Positions 39,486-49,286 of a stretch of 64,000 nucleotides of DNA are shown one piece after another. Source of the DNA: Bacteroidota bacterium (GTDB lineage: Bacteria > Bacteroidota > Bacteroidia > Palsa-965). The position numbers and the translations under genes are program-made. The notes under the pieces are model-generated. The model saw only the letters and a list, made by a program, of their open reading frames with translations, made no database searches and was not told the DNA's origin. The stretch lies in assembly GCA_021299855.1 (NCBI GenBank), contig JAJTEY010000001.1:29521-93520 (forward strand), read 5' to 3'. Positions within the stretch are counted from its first letter, which is position 1. Each line of letters opens with the position of its first letter.

Positions 39486-40781
39486 ATGTCCTCCCGTCGC
39501 GATTTTTTACTCAAAGCCGGCTTAAGTACCGGAGCTTTCATGATTCCTTCCGTTTTTGAACCCATGTGGTCCAAAGGGTTGGAGCGGCAATTAGAAAAAG
39601 TTCATGGCGTATCTCCCAATCTTGTTGCCGCTGATGAGGATTTCTGGAATTGGGTGCGCGTGAATTATTCAATTAATCCAAACCTAATCAATTTGAACAA
39701 TGGTGGCGTGAGTCCACAACCTTTGCCGGTTCAGGAAACGCATATCCGATTTTACAAACACGCTAACGAAGGACCGTCCTATTTCATGTGGAGAGAAATG
39801 GACAAAGGACGGGAACCATTGCGGAAAAGGTTGGCAGAAATCGCAGGTGTAAATCCTGAAGAAGTTGCCATTAACCGCAATGCTACAGAAGGATTAAACA
39901 GCATAATTTTCGGATTAAATCTGAAAGCGGGCGATGAAGTCGTATTGTGCAAGTACGACTATCCCAACATGATTAATGCATGGAAACAGCGTGAAAAAAG
40001 AGACGGCATAAAACTCGTTTGGATTGATCTGAATATACCTGCTGAGAATGAAACCGAAATTGTAAATGCTTACACTGCAGCATTTACGGACAAAACAAAA
40101 ATCGTTCACATTACACACATGATTAATTGGACGGGACAAATAGTACCTGTTCGAAAAATTGCGGATAAAGCGCATGCCAAAAACATTGAAGTCCTGTGTG
40201 ACAGCGCCCATACTTTTGGGCATTTTGAATACACCATTACTGAATTGGGTTGTGATTATTGGGCGACGAGCCTACACAAATGGATGTGTGCACCGTTCGG
40301 TACGGGAATGATGTGGATTCGCAAAGAAAAAATTGCGAATGTTTGGGCGTTGTTATCGGCCCCGGAGCCGGATGGGAAAGATATTAGAAAGTTCGAGTCT
40401 TTGGGGACGCGTTCGTTTGCAGCAGAGATGGCAGCCGCCTCCGCTCTTGACTTTCATCAACTAATTGGCGGAGCGAGAAAAGAAGCACGTCTGCGATATT
40501 TGAAAAATTACTGGTTGGATAAAGCTTCGAAAATTCCGGGCATAATTAAATTTACCTCTACGTTACCTGCATTTTCATGTGCTCTTGCCAACGTGGGTAT
40601 TGAAGGTGTAACACCGGAAGAAATTGAGCGCAAATTGTTGGAGAAATACCGTATTCACTGTGTCGCCATCAAATGGGAAAAGGTTAATGGTGTGCGCATA
40701 ACACCAAATGTGTACACGTCTCTTCAGGATCTTGATTTGCTGGTAAAGGGTCTTTCAGAAATTACTCAAGAACGAAAATGA
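39486..40781 (+). CDS. Class-V PLP-dependent enzyme (isopenicillin-N epimerase / cysteine lyase-like) with Tat signal
   Basis: SRRDFLLK twin-arginine motif; NLNNGG, RNATE, DSAH, SLHKW (PLP lysine), GVRITP. Confidence 0.88.
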   Translation: MSSRRDFLLKAGLSTGAFMIPSVFEPMWSKGLERQLEKVHGVSPNLVAADEDFWNWVRVNYSINPNLINLNNGGVSPQPLPVQETHIRFYKHANEGPSYFMWREMDKGREPLRKRLAEIAGVNPEEVAINRNATEGLNSIIFGLNLKAGDEVVLCKYDYPNMINAWKQREKRDGIKLVWIDLNIPAENETEIVNAYTAAFTDKTKIVHITHMINWTGQIVPVRKIADKAHAKNIEVLCDSAHTFGHFEYTITELGCDYWATSLHKWMCAPFGTGMMWIRKEKIANVWALLSAPEPDGKDIRKFESLGTRSFAAEMAAASALDFHQLIGGARKEARLRYLKNYWLDKASKIPGIIKFTSTLPAFSCALANVGIEGVTPEEIERKLLEKYRIHCVAIKWEKVNGVRITPNVYTSLQDLDLLVKGLSEITQERK

Positions 40782-41236
40782 AGAAGGCAATTTTTATTGT
40801 GTTAGCTGCTGTTAGTATTACAACATTAGTTTGGGTAATTATTAAAAATCCGGACTCGAAAATTGTTGTACATACCAACTCAGTTCCGCAGCCCATCGGG
40901 CCTTACAGCCAAGCGGTTGTTCACGATAATACCATCTATGTATCAGGACAAATTGCATTGAATCCGAAAACAGGGCAATTAGATACAACTTCCATTCAAG
41001 CTGAGACAAAGCAAGTCATGAATAACATTCGTGGAATTCTTGCAGCTTCCGGACTTGAAATGAAACACATTCTCAAAGCCACCATTTACCTGACCGATAT
41101 AAAGTTCTTTCCGCAAGTAAATGAAGTTTACGGTGCATTTTTTAACGATAAAAACTATCCGGCACGTGAGACAATTGCTGTAAAAGCCTTGCCTAAAGGG
41201 GCACGAATAGAAATAAGTGTTAGTGCGGGATTCTAA
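40778..41236 (+). CDS. RidA family imine/enamine deaminase with N-terminal hydrophobic anchor
   Basis: PIGPYSQA, VSGQI, NEVY..FF, PARE (catalytic Arg), LPKG..IEI; residues 4-22 hydrophobic. Confidence 0.9.
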   Translation: MKKAIFIVLAAVSITTLVWVIIKNPDSKIVVHTNSVPQPIGPYSQAVVHDNTIYVSGQIALNPKTGQLDTTSIQAETKQVMNNIRGILAASGLEMKHILKATIYLTDIKFFPQVNEVYGAFFNDKNYPARETIAVKALPKGARIEISVSAGF

Positions 41237-41344
41237 AAAAATGGGAAGGTTAGATGGACCATCTCTTTTTTTATTTTTCTTTCTGTTTATTTTGAAGGCT
41301 AAAATTCGTGAATGACGTATCTTTACCCCTGAAACTACCGAATT

Positions 41345-43006
41345 ATGTCGCAGGCAAAAGAAATTTCCGGCTCAAAAATGAATCTAGAATTCAACAAGAA
41401 TGAAGACGGTATGAAGTTGCTCATTTCTAATTTGCAACGAAAGTTGGAAAAAGTGGCGGAAGGTGGCGGAAAGGGCCGCATTGCCAAACTTCACGAACAA
41501 GGTAAATTAACTGCCCGTGAGCGTATCGCTTATTTGCTTGACGAAAATGCCCCATCCATTGAAATTGGAGCCTTTGCCGGAGAAGACATGTACGAAGAGC
41601 ATGGCGGTTGTCCTGCAGGCGGTGTTGTGATTGTAATTGGTTATGTGCGTGGCAAACAATGCATAGTTGTAGCGAATGATGCAACGGTTAAAGCTGGTGC
41701 ATGGTTTCCTATTACGGGTAAGAAGAACTTACGCGCGCAGGAAATTGCGATGGAAAATCGTTTACCAATAATTTATTTGGTAGATAGTGCCGGCGTGTAT
41801 TTGCCTATGCAGGATGAAATCTTTCCTGATAAAGAACACTTTGGTCGAATTTTCCGAAACAATGCGATCATGTCCTCTGAAGGGATCGTACAAATTGCAG
41901 CCATTATGGGCTCCTGTGTCGCAGGTGGCGCTTATCTGCCCATTATGAGCGATGAAGCTTTAATTGTAGACAAGACCGGCACTATTTTCCTTGCAGGAAG
42001 TTATCTGGTTAAAGCTGCGATCGGTGAATCAATTGATAATGAAACACTCGGCGGTGCTACGACACACTGCGAAATTTCAGGAGTAACAGACTATAAATGC
42101 AGTGACGATAAAGATTGTCTAGATCGCATTAAAAATATTCTAGATAAAATTGGTTCCTACGAAAAAGCCGGTTTCGACCGAATTGCGGGCAAAGCTCCGG
42201 CGAAGGAAGCGAAAGAAATTCTAGGAATTATTCCGGATACTCGCGATAAGGCCTACGACATGCATGAAATTATCGATCGTTTGGTTGATGCGGATTCGTT
42301 CGAAGAATACAAAAAACTCTACGGTCAATCTATCGTGTGCGGATATGCACGGGTGGATGGTTGGGCTGTAGGAATTGTTGCTAATCAGCGTAAGGTAGTG
42401 AAGAGTAAAAAAGGCGAAATGCAATTCGGGGGAGTTATTTATTCCGACTCAGCCGATAAAGCCGCGCGTTTCATCATGAATTGTAATCAGAAGAAAATTC
42501 CGTTGGTGTTTTTGCAAGATGCTACCGGATTTATGGTAGGCTCGCGCTCGGAACATGGCGGCATCATTAAAGACGGAGCGAAAATGGTGAATGCCATGAG
42601 CAATTCGGTTGTTCCTAAATTTACGATCATCGTTGGAAATTCTTTTGGTGCAGCTAATTATGCCATGTGCGGTAAAGCATACGATCCGCGACTTATCGTT
42701 GGATGGCCGACGGCACAAATCGCAGTGATGGGCGGAGCGCAAGCAGCAAAAACGTTACTTCAAATTCAGGTTAGTACATTGAAAGCGAAAGGTGAAGAAA
42801 TTACTCCTGAAGACGAAAAGGCTTTGCTGGATAAGATTACACAGCGTTACGAAAAACAAACTACACCATATTACGCTGCGGCACGATTATGGATAGATGC
42901 TATCATAAATCCATTGGATACACGCAAGTGGATTTCAATGGGTATAGAAATGGCAGACCACAGCCCGATTAAGAAACGTTACAATGTTGGAGTTATACAA
43001 TCATAA
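41345..43006 (+). CDS. Acyl-CoA carboxylase carboxyltransferase (beta) subunit, methylcrotonyl-CoA carboxylase-like
   Basis: GKLTARERI, ANDATVKAG, YLVDSAG, G.CVAGGAY, GFMVG..SE.GGIIKDGAK. Confidence 0.93.
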   Translation: MSQAKEISGSKMNLEFNKNEDGMKLLISNLQRKLEKVAEGGGKGRIAKLHEQGKLTARERIAYLLDENAPSIEIGAFAGEDMYEEHGGCPAGGVVIVIGYVRGKQCIVVANDATVKAGAWFPITGKKNLRAQEIAMENRLPIIYLVDSAGVYLPMQDEIFPDKEHFGRIFRNNAIMSSEGIVQIAAIMGSCVAGGAYLPIMSDEALIVDKTGTIFLAGSYLVKAAIGESIDNETLGGATTHCEISGVTDYKCSDDKDCLDRIKNILDKIGSYEKAGFDRIAGKAPAKEAKEILGIIPDTRDKAYDMHEIIDRLVDADSFEEYKKLYGQSIVCGYARVDGWAVGIVANQRKVVKSKKGEMQFGGVIYSDSADKAARFIMNCNQKKIPLVFLQDATGFMVGSRSEHGGIIKDGAKMVNAMSNSVVPKFTIIVGNSFGAANYAMCGKAYDPRLIVGWPTAQIAVMGGAQAAKTLLQIQVSTLKAKGEEITPEDEKALLDKITQRYEKQTTPYYAAARLWIDAIINPLDTRKWISMGIEMADHSPIKKRYNVGVIQS

Positions 43007-43007
43007 A

Positions 43008-43838
43008 ATGAATCGCATGAAAAAATTAGTTGCTGCACTCGGAATAGTCTCTTTGCTAACAGGATCCTGGATCGCGTATTCTTCGTTTACGGCGGTTCAA
43101 ACGGATAATCGTTACATCATCGCATGTTTTCAAAAAGTAAAAGAAACCTCATCAGGTTCATACTTCAGAACGCAGGAATGGTCTGCGCTTGCAAATAAGA
43201 TCAAGGAAAAAAAGGAAGATGGCTCACACCTCGTTGGGGTTGGTCATCACGCGTATTCCTGGATTGGTATTTTTATGAATTCTGATCATATTTCCAATTC
43301 AACATTCGTTATGGCTGAAGAGGTGGAAGAATTGAAAATAAAAATTCGCGAGAAATGGGATGCCGGCTGGAATTTGGTCAACATCGATTACTTCAAAGGT
43401 CAATGGGTGGCTGTTTTATTAAAAGACAGCGACTACGAAGACAGTGGTTATGCATTCAAAAATTCGTTGGATGATTTCAAAACTTCCATTGACAACATGT
43501 GGGAGAAAGACATTTACTTGGCAGATGTAGCTTATGCTCAAGGATTTTGGGTAGGAGCTTTTGTGAAGAGCAAACGTCAAACAAAAAATGCGTACATCAT
43601 CCGCGAATCATGGGATGAATTGCGTCCCGCGATCAAAGAAAAATTTGATGTAGGATATCAGTTATTATCCGTTCAATACGGCGATGGTTCTTGGTTCGCA
43701 ACTTTAGCTGTTGATGATAACATCACCGCAAGTGCTGTAAACAAATGTGAAACGCTCGACGATTTCATGGAAAAATACGAAGAGCGAAAAGAGAACGGAT
43801 ACAAGCTGGTTAGTTTCGCATCGCGCCTCGAAAACTAA
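43008..43838 (+). CDS. Exported protein built of about five ~48-aa tandem repeats
   Basis: Signal or anchor sequence, then repeats of I.E.W..G..L..V.Y..G.W...F; resembles BTRD1/polyglycine-hydrolase or DUF7477-type repeats (by eye). Confidence 0.7.
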   Translation: MNRMKKLVAALGIVSLLTGSWIAYSSFTAVQTDNRYIIACFQKVKETSSGSYFRTQEWSALANKIKEKKEDGSHLVGVGHHAYSWIGIFMNSDHISNSTFVMAEEVEELKIKIREKWDAGWNLVNIDYFKGQWVAVLLKDSDYEDSGYAFKNSLDDFKTSIDNMWEKDIYLADVAYAQGFWVGAFVKSKRQTKNAYIIRESWDELRPAIKEKFDVGYQLLSVQYGDGSWFATLAVDDNITASAVNKCETLDDFMEKYEERKENGYKLVSFASRLEN

Positions 43839-43848
43839 ATCAATACAA

Positions 43849-45561
43849 TTATTGTTTGATCAATCGTTGACCGTTCGACATACGTCCGTTCGCTTCAACG
43901 GTCAGCACATACATTCCCGCATTTAATGCGCTCACATCCAAACGTTGTGTAGTTATTCCACCGTTTGCACTGTGGGTAACACGAGATACCATTCTGCCGC
44001 TCAAATCGGTAATCGTAACTTGTACTTGCGAAGCACCTGATGCATCAAACTGAATCTGAACTTCATTTTGCGCAGGATTCGGAACTAGTGGCGCCAACTG
44101 TAAATTACCGGTCGTTGCAGGAAAAACAGATGTTGTCAAACAATAGTTCTCCATGGCAAGCACAGATCTGTATACATTTAATCGTCCGCCCGTTACGCAT
44201 AAACCATTAAGAGACGACAGCACATCAACAGAATCCAGAACCATATCACGCACAATCGCAGCAAAACTATCCGGATACATTTTGTAATCATTAATAAACG
44301 CAGGACATCCCGCAGATAACACCAATGCAACAGCACCTGCAACGTGAGGTGTAGCCATTGATGTTCCAGACAACGTATTGTAACCGTTATTGTTGGTTGT
44401 AGACAGAATTGACGAACCGGGCGCTCCAAGATCAATGGTTGTTGCTCCATAACCTGCTCCCGTTGTTTTGACATCAAAACGCGTTGTATTCGTAACCGCA
44501 ATCATGTAAGAACTTGCACATGCGGTTGGAATATCACCCACATTGTCAATATTCCAATTCTGATTGGCTGTAGCCGCTGCAGATAAGATACCATATACGC
44601 CCATAGAATCGTACATCGCACACCAAATCGGGTAATTGGCCGGTTGACCACCATCTACACCAAAAGATGAATTTGTGCTTACTACAAATGCTCCTGCAGC
44701 ACCGAATGATTGATTATACAGCTTACGTTGGTCCAACGCATACGAATAAGCTTCCACTACTTCGGCCTCATCTCCTGAAGAACCCATAATCGCCATCACT
44801 TTCACGCCCCAGTTTACGCCAACGACACCAAGATTATTATTACCACGTGCACCCACTGTTCCCGCTACGTGCGTTCCATGATTGTCTGAAGTTATATTAC
44901 CATTGCTATTGTAGGCATTCCAACCGTTGAAGTCATCGATATATCCATTATTGTCATCATCAATTCCGTTGTTCGGAATTTCATTATAGTTCTTCCAATA
45001 ATTCAAATCCTGGTGACTTAATGAAAATCCGCCATCAATCACTGCAACAACAATCGTGTCACCGGTTGCTGTTAATCCACCTGTCGTAATATCCCAGGCA
45101 TCTGTTGCGTCAATATCTGCGTCAATTGTTCCTCCGTTCTGACCTGTATTTTTCATGTCCCACATGGTTCCAAATTGGGTATCATTCGGAACAGTTTCAC
45201 GCGGTGCTACATAATGGTTAAACTGCGCCATCTGCAACGTCGAGCATGATTTCGCAGCACTCAACAACGACTCCATCCCTACTCCATCCGTAAAAGTCAA
45301 TTTCCAAATGCGCATATTTTTAGAAGCCAACTCAGCGTTCACCAATGCAAATCCAGCTTTCGCAAAATCCTCCTGCACATCTCCTAAAGACGCGTCAGGC
45401 TTAAACATGACAAGCAATTGATTAGGCACATAACTTCCCGGATTGATGATAACCGGAAATTGCGGAACCGGCGCGTCAACTACCGGATTAGTGGCTAATG
45501 GAGCTTGCGCAAGCAGCGCAACACAAACAAACTGGGAAATAAAGAAGGAAATCTTTTTCAT
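43849..45561 (-). CDS. S8 subtilisin-like serine protease with T9SS type-A CTD
   Basis: Catalytic triad motifs VIDGG, HGTHVAG, GTSMATP; C-terminal PNPA...GMY...RLIKQ. Confidence 0.94.
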   Translation of the reverse strand: MKKISFFISQFVCVALLAQAPLATNPVVDAPVPQFPVIINPGSYVPNQLLVMFKPDASLGDVQEDFAKAGFALVNAELASKNMRIWKLTFTDGVGMESLLSAAKSCSTLQMAQFNHYVAPRETVPNDTQFGTMWDMKNTGQNGGTIDADIDATDAWDITTGGLTATGDTIVVAVIDGGFSLSHQDLNYWKNYNEIPNNGIDDDNNGYIDDFNGWNAYNSNGNITSDNHGTHVAGTVGARGNNNLGVVGVNWGVKVMAIMGSSGDEAEVVEAYSYALDQRKLYNQSFGAAGAFVVSTNSSFGVDGGQPANYPIWCAMYDSMGVYGILSAAATANQNWNIDNVGDIPTACASSYMIAVTNTTRFDVKTTGAGYGATTIDLGAPGSSILSTTNNNGYNTLSGTSMATPHVAGAVALVLSAGCPAFINDYKMYPDSFAAIVRDMVLDSVDVLSSLNGLCVTGGRLNVYRSVLAMENYCLTTSVFPATTGNLQLAPLVPNPAQNEVQIQFDASGASQVQVTITDLSGRMVSRVTHSANGGITTQRLDVSALNAGMYVLTVEANGRMSNGQRLIKQ

Positions 45562-45635
45562 GAATTAGTGTTGAGTACTAACAAATATAACATTCTCAAA
45601 GTGCAAATCCTCCTCCACATTGTTAACTTTATCAG

Positions 45636-48600
45636 GTGACATTCGCGATTTACAAATCCTCAGCCGGATCCGGAAAGACATTTACCCTTGTCAAAGAGTA
45701 TTTGACGATTGCTCTTTCCGATTCAGCTCAAAATTCAAGAAAATTCAAGAAAATTCTGGCGATTACCTTTACCAATAAAGCCGCCGGAGAGTTGAAGGAA
45801 CGTGTTATCAAAGCGTTGGTCGAACTAAGCAATTCTCCGGGCAAGCGCTCAACCCTTGCCCGTGTATTAGAAGATGAAATGAAATTGGATGGCGCGGAAC
45901 TACAACGCCGTTCAAAAAATCTCTTACACGAGATACTTCATCATTATAATGATTTCAGCATCAGTACCATTGATAGCTTTACACACCGCGTCGTTCGGGC
46001 GTTTGCGCATGACCTGAATTTACCTCAGAATTTCGAGCTGGAATTGGATGCAGAAGAAATGACAGCAGAAGCGGTAAACGTGTTGATGTCGCGGTTAGTT
46101 GCAAAGGACAGTATCCTCGAATTACTAAGACAATTCAGCGAATCACGTGTTGATGAAGAGCGCGGATGGCAAGTGGATGATGAATTGAAAAAATTCACTA
46201 ACCACCTCTTAAACGAAGAAGGATTTTTGCGGTTGATGAAAATCCGTGCGTTGGAAATTGAGGATTTTATTGGTATTTATAAAAAGATACGTGCAGCACA
46301 GGATAGCTTTTCAAAACAAATAGCGCAACTGTCTGATGAGGCCATCAGGTATTGTAACCGATTTCAATTAAAAGCTGAAGATTTCTACCAGGGAAAAAAG
46401 GGAATCTTTAATTGGTTCAGAAAATTAAACGAAGAGCAGGACGGTATAACGTTATTGGCCCGCAACAGCTACGTCACAGATACCATTATCAATGATCGAT
46501 GGTTGTCGGCCTCTAAAAAAGATCAACCGGAAATGCAAGTGCATATTCGTGAACTCGCCGGCATTGTGCGAAAGTTAATTGCTTTGGATGCAGATGCGGC
46601 GCTTTACATTACGCGTAAGCAAATTGCACGGAACATTTTCGCATTGGCCTTACTGCGCGAAATTGATCGCATCATGGAGGAATTCCGTACACAGGATGGC
46701 ATTGTACACATTTCGGAATTCAACAAGCGTATTGCCGAAATTGTAAATACGGAGCCGGTACCTTTCATTTTCGAACGTATAGGTGAACGTTTTGACAACT
46801 TCATGATTGACGAATTTCAAGATACGTCATCACTACAATGGCTTAATCTTGTTCCGTTAATTGAAAACGGACTCGCCTCGGGCCATCAATCCATAGTTGT
46901 TGGCGATGGCAAACAAGCGATTTACCGTTGGCGTGGAGGCGATATCGAACAGTTTAATGCATTGCCAAAACTTAAAGACGCAGAGGAGAACCCAATCTTA
47001 CGCGAGCGGGAAAAAGCATTAGGACGTAACGCTCAGGAAGTACTGCTAGGAAGCAACTACAGAAGTGCTGCAGAAATAGTGTCGTTCAACAATATGTTCT
47101 TTGAGCAATGTGCGAACTTGTTACATTCTGAATTACAGAAAATTTATCATAACGCTGCACAAGTTGCCGGTTCAGGAAAGGCAGACGGCTATATAGAATT
47201 GCAAGCACTGGAACTATCAAAAGAAGAAGATAAACATGCAGATGCTACGTTAGCTGCAGTTATAAAACTGCATACTGAAGGTTGGGCATATCGGGACATT
47301 ACCATATTGGTTCGAAAAAACGATGAAGGTGCTGTATTGGCTCAATTGCTGACGCAGCATCAGATTCCGATTATTTCGAATGAATCATTATTGTTGATTC
47401 ACGAACCGAAAGTACAATTACTGGCTGCTTTGTTGCAGTGGCTAGAGCAAAAAGAGAATAAAGAGCTCATGCTCGAAATTATAACCGCGCTTACCATTTC
47501 TAATCCGGAACATCATGTGTCGCATGAAATGTTGGAGACAGGTTTACGCTCATCTTCCTCGTTTGCAGCTTTATTGCAACAACTAGTTCCGGAATTACAG
47601 TTCCGGGAATTACAGTTGTTATCGGTATATCGGCGTGGTGAAAAATTAAAGCAATGGTTATTTGGTCAATCGCTGAATGATACATACGTCAATTTCTTCC
47701 TTGACGAATTATTCCGATTTACCATTAACCGTAAATCGGGAAAAATAAGTTTTGCCGAATGGTGGGAAAAACGGAGTCAAAAAGCTGCTGTCGGGGCATC
47801 TGAGGGTATCGATGCCGTTCGGATAATGACCATACACAAATCAAAAGGATTGGAATTTCCTGTAGTAATAATGCCTTACGTTAACTGGAAACACAGTTTT
47901 AGATTAACCGACTTATGGGTTGATCTGAATGACCCATTAGTTCCGGAATTAAAAGTCGCTGTGGTCAACAATACCAGAGAGATGTTGTTGAGTTCAGTCG
48001 AAGAAGCGATTGTTCGGGAGAATGACAAGATCTTGTTGGATAACTTGAACTTGCTTTATGTAGGAATGACGAGAGCCGAAAGACGCCTATATGTTTTCTA
48101 CGATGATGTAACGATGAAGGATGATAACATCACCACAGCATCGCATGTAGTTAAGAAAGCATTAGCGAATTTGGCAATTACAACAGAACAGGGAATTTCG
48201 ACTTACGGTACACCTACTGCACCAACACACGATCAGGAAAAAACGATTGCAAGTCACGCACTGCCGTACAATAAAGCCGATAATTGGGAACACCAACTCA
48301 AAATCTATTCCCGCAGTGCAGAAGAATGGGACGATAATATGCAACCACGCCGCATGGGTAAACTGTTGCATTATTTGCTGGAACAAACATTGCTGTTAAA
48401 TGATGTTAATGCTGCTTTACGCAAAGCTATTCATCTGGGTAAAATGACTTCCGAGATGCAGCAGGAATTGAAAAATCGGTTGAATGAAATTTTCGCCATG
48501 ACCGATTTTAAATCCATTCTCGAAAGTGGAACTTGTCTCCCGGAAGTCGAACTGATCGGTACAGACGGCAGCATTTTACGACCTGATCTTGTTATTAAAA

Positions 48601-48767
48601 AAACAAATGAGCTTATCATTATTGATTACAAAACCGGTGAACCTAATGATTCGTATAAACAGCAGGTGGAGCAATATGCAGCTCGCTTTCGACAAATGAA
48701 TTATTCCTCTATTTCCTGTGGAATCCTTTACACCACAAAGTTGCAATTGCAGCTGTGGAACTATTAA
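45636..48767 (+). CDS. UvrD-family helicase/nuclease (AddA-like)
   Basis: SSAGSGKT, TFTNKAA, DEFQD, VGDGKQAIYRWRG, TIHKSKGLEF, YVGMTRA; C-terminal RPD...IIDYKTG nuclease; GTG start. Confidence 0.92.
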   Translation: MTFAIYKSSAGSGKTFTLVKEYLTIALSDSAQNSRKFKKILAITFTNKAAGELKERVIKALVELSNSPGKRSTLARVLEDEMKLDGAELQRRSKNLLHEILHHYNDFSISTIDSFTHRVVRAFAHDLNLPQNFELELDAEEMTAEAVNVLMSRLVAKDSILELLRQFSESRVDEERGWQVDDELKKFTNHLLNEEGFLRLMKIRALEIEDFIGIYKKIRAAQDSFSKQIAQLSDEAIRYCNRFQLKAEDFYQGKKGIFNWFRKLNEEQDGITLLARNSYVTDTIINDRWLSASKKDQPEMQVHIRELAGIVRKLIALDADAALYITRKQIARNIFALALLREIDRIMEEFRTQDGIVHISEFNKRIAEIVNTEPVPFIFERIGERFDNFMIDEFQDTSSLQWLNLVPLIENGLASGHQSIVVGDGKQAIYRWRGGDIEQFNALPKLKDAEENPILREREKALGRNAQEVLLGSNYRSAAEIVSFNNMFFEQCANLLHSELQKIYHNAAQVAGSGKADGYIELQALELSKEEDKHADATLAAVIKLHTEGWAYRDITILVRKNDEGAVLAQLLTQHQIPIISNESLLLIHEPKVQLLAALLQWLEQKENKELMLEIITALTISNPEHHVSHEMLETGLRSSSSFAALLQQLVPELQFRELQLLSVYRRGEKLKQWLFGQSLNDTYVNFFLDELFRFTINRKSGKISFAEWWEKRSQKAAVGASEGIDAVRIMTIHKSKGLEFPVVIMPYVNWKHSFRLTDLWVDLNDPLVPELKVAVVNNTREMLLSSVEEAIVRENDKILLDNLNLLYVGMTRAERRLYVFYDDVTMKDDNITTASHVVKKALANLAITTEQGISTYGTPTAPTHDQEKTIASHALPYNKADNWEHQLKIYSRSAEEWDDNMQPRRMGKLLHYLLEQTLLLNDVNAALRKAIHLGKMTSEMQQELKNRLNEIFAMTDFKSILESGTCLPEVELIGTDGSILRPDLVIKKTNELIIIDYKTGEPNDSYKQQVEQYAARFRQMNYSSISCGILYTTKLQLQLWNY

Positions 48768-48794
48768 CTTTGAGATGTTTATTCCACTTTTATT

Positions 48795-49283
48795 ATGGCC
48801 TCTTTCGACATTACCTCCAAACTCGATCCGCAAACTCTGGACAATGCAATAAATTCCGCACGCAAAGAAATTTTAGGACGATTTGATTTCAAGGGAAGTG
48901 CAACCACCATTGAATTGAATAAGAAGGATATGGTTTTGAATATACATACCGAAGATGAAATGAGATTGAAATCCATCATCGACGTTATTCGCATGCGAAT
49001 GATCAAACAAAGTCTCGATCCGCGGAGTTTAGATGAGGGAAAGGCGATAGAAGCTTCGGGTAATACAATTCGTAAAGACATCAAGATTAAGCAGGGAATT
49101 GATAAAGACGCGGCGCGAAAAATAATGAAGGACATCAAAGACTCCAAACTGAAAGTTACCGCCCAGCAAATGGACGATCAGATTCGAGTGACCGGTAAAA
49201 AAATTGACGATTTACAAGCGGTAATGACTGTGCTGCGTGGTAACGATTATGATTTACCCTTGCAGTTCGGAAACTTCAAGTAG
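48795..49283 (+). CDS. yajQ: YajQ family nucleotide-binding protein
   Basis: MASFDI.S, RFDFKG, RVTGKKIDDLQ, LQFGNFK. Confidence 0.95.
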   Translation: MASFDITSKLDPQTLDNAINSARKEILGRFDFKGSATTIELNKKDMVLNIHTEDEMRLKSIIDVIRMRMIKQSLDPRSLDEGKAIEASGNTIRKDIKIKQGIDKDAARKIMKDIKDSKLKVTAQQMDDQIRVTGKKIDDLQAVMTVLRGNDYDLPLQFGNFK

Positions 49284-49286
49284 TAT

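Noticed and set aside
41237..41280. Terminator after ridA
   Set aside because: A T-rich tail is present but the stem is imperfect, too weak to list as a feature.
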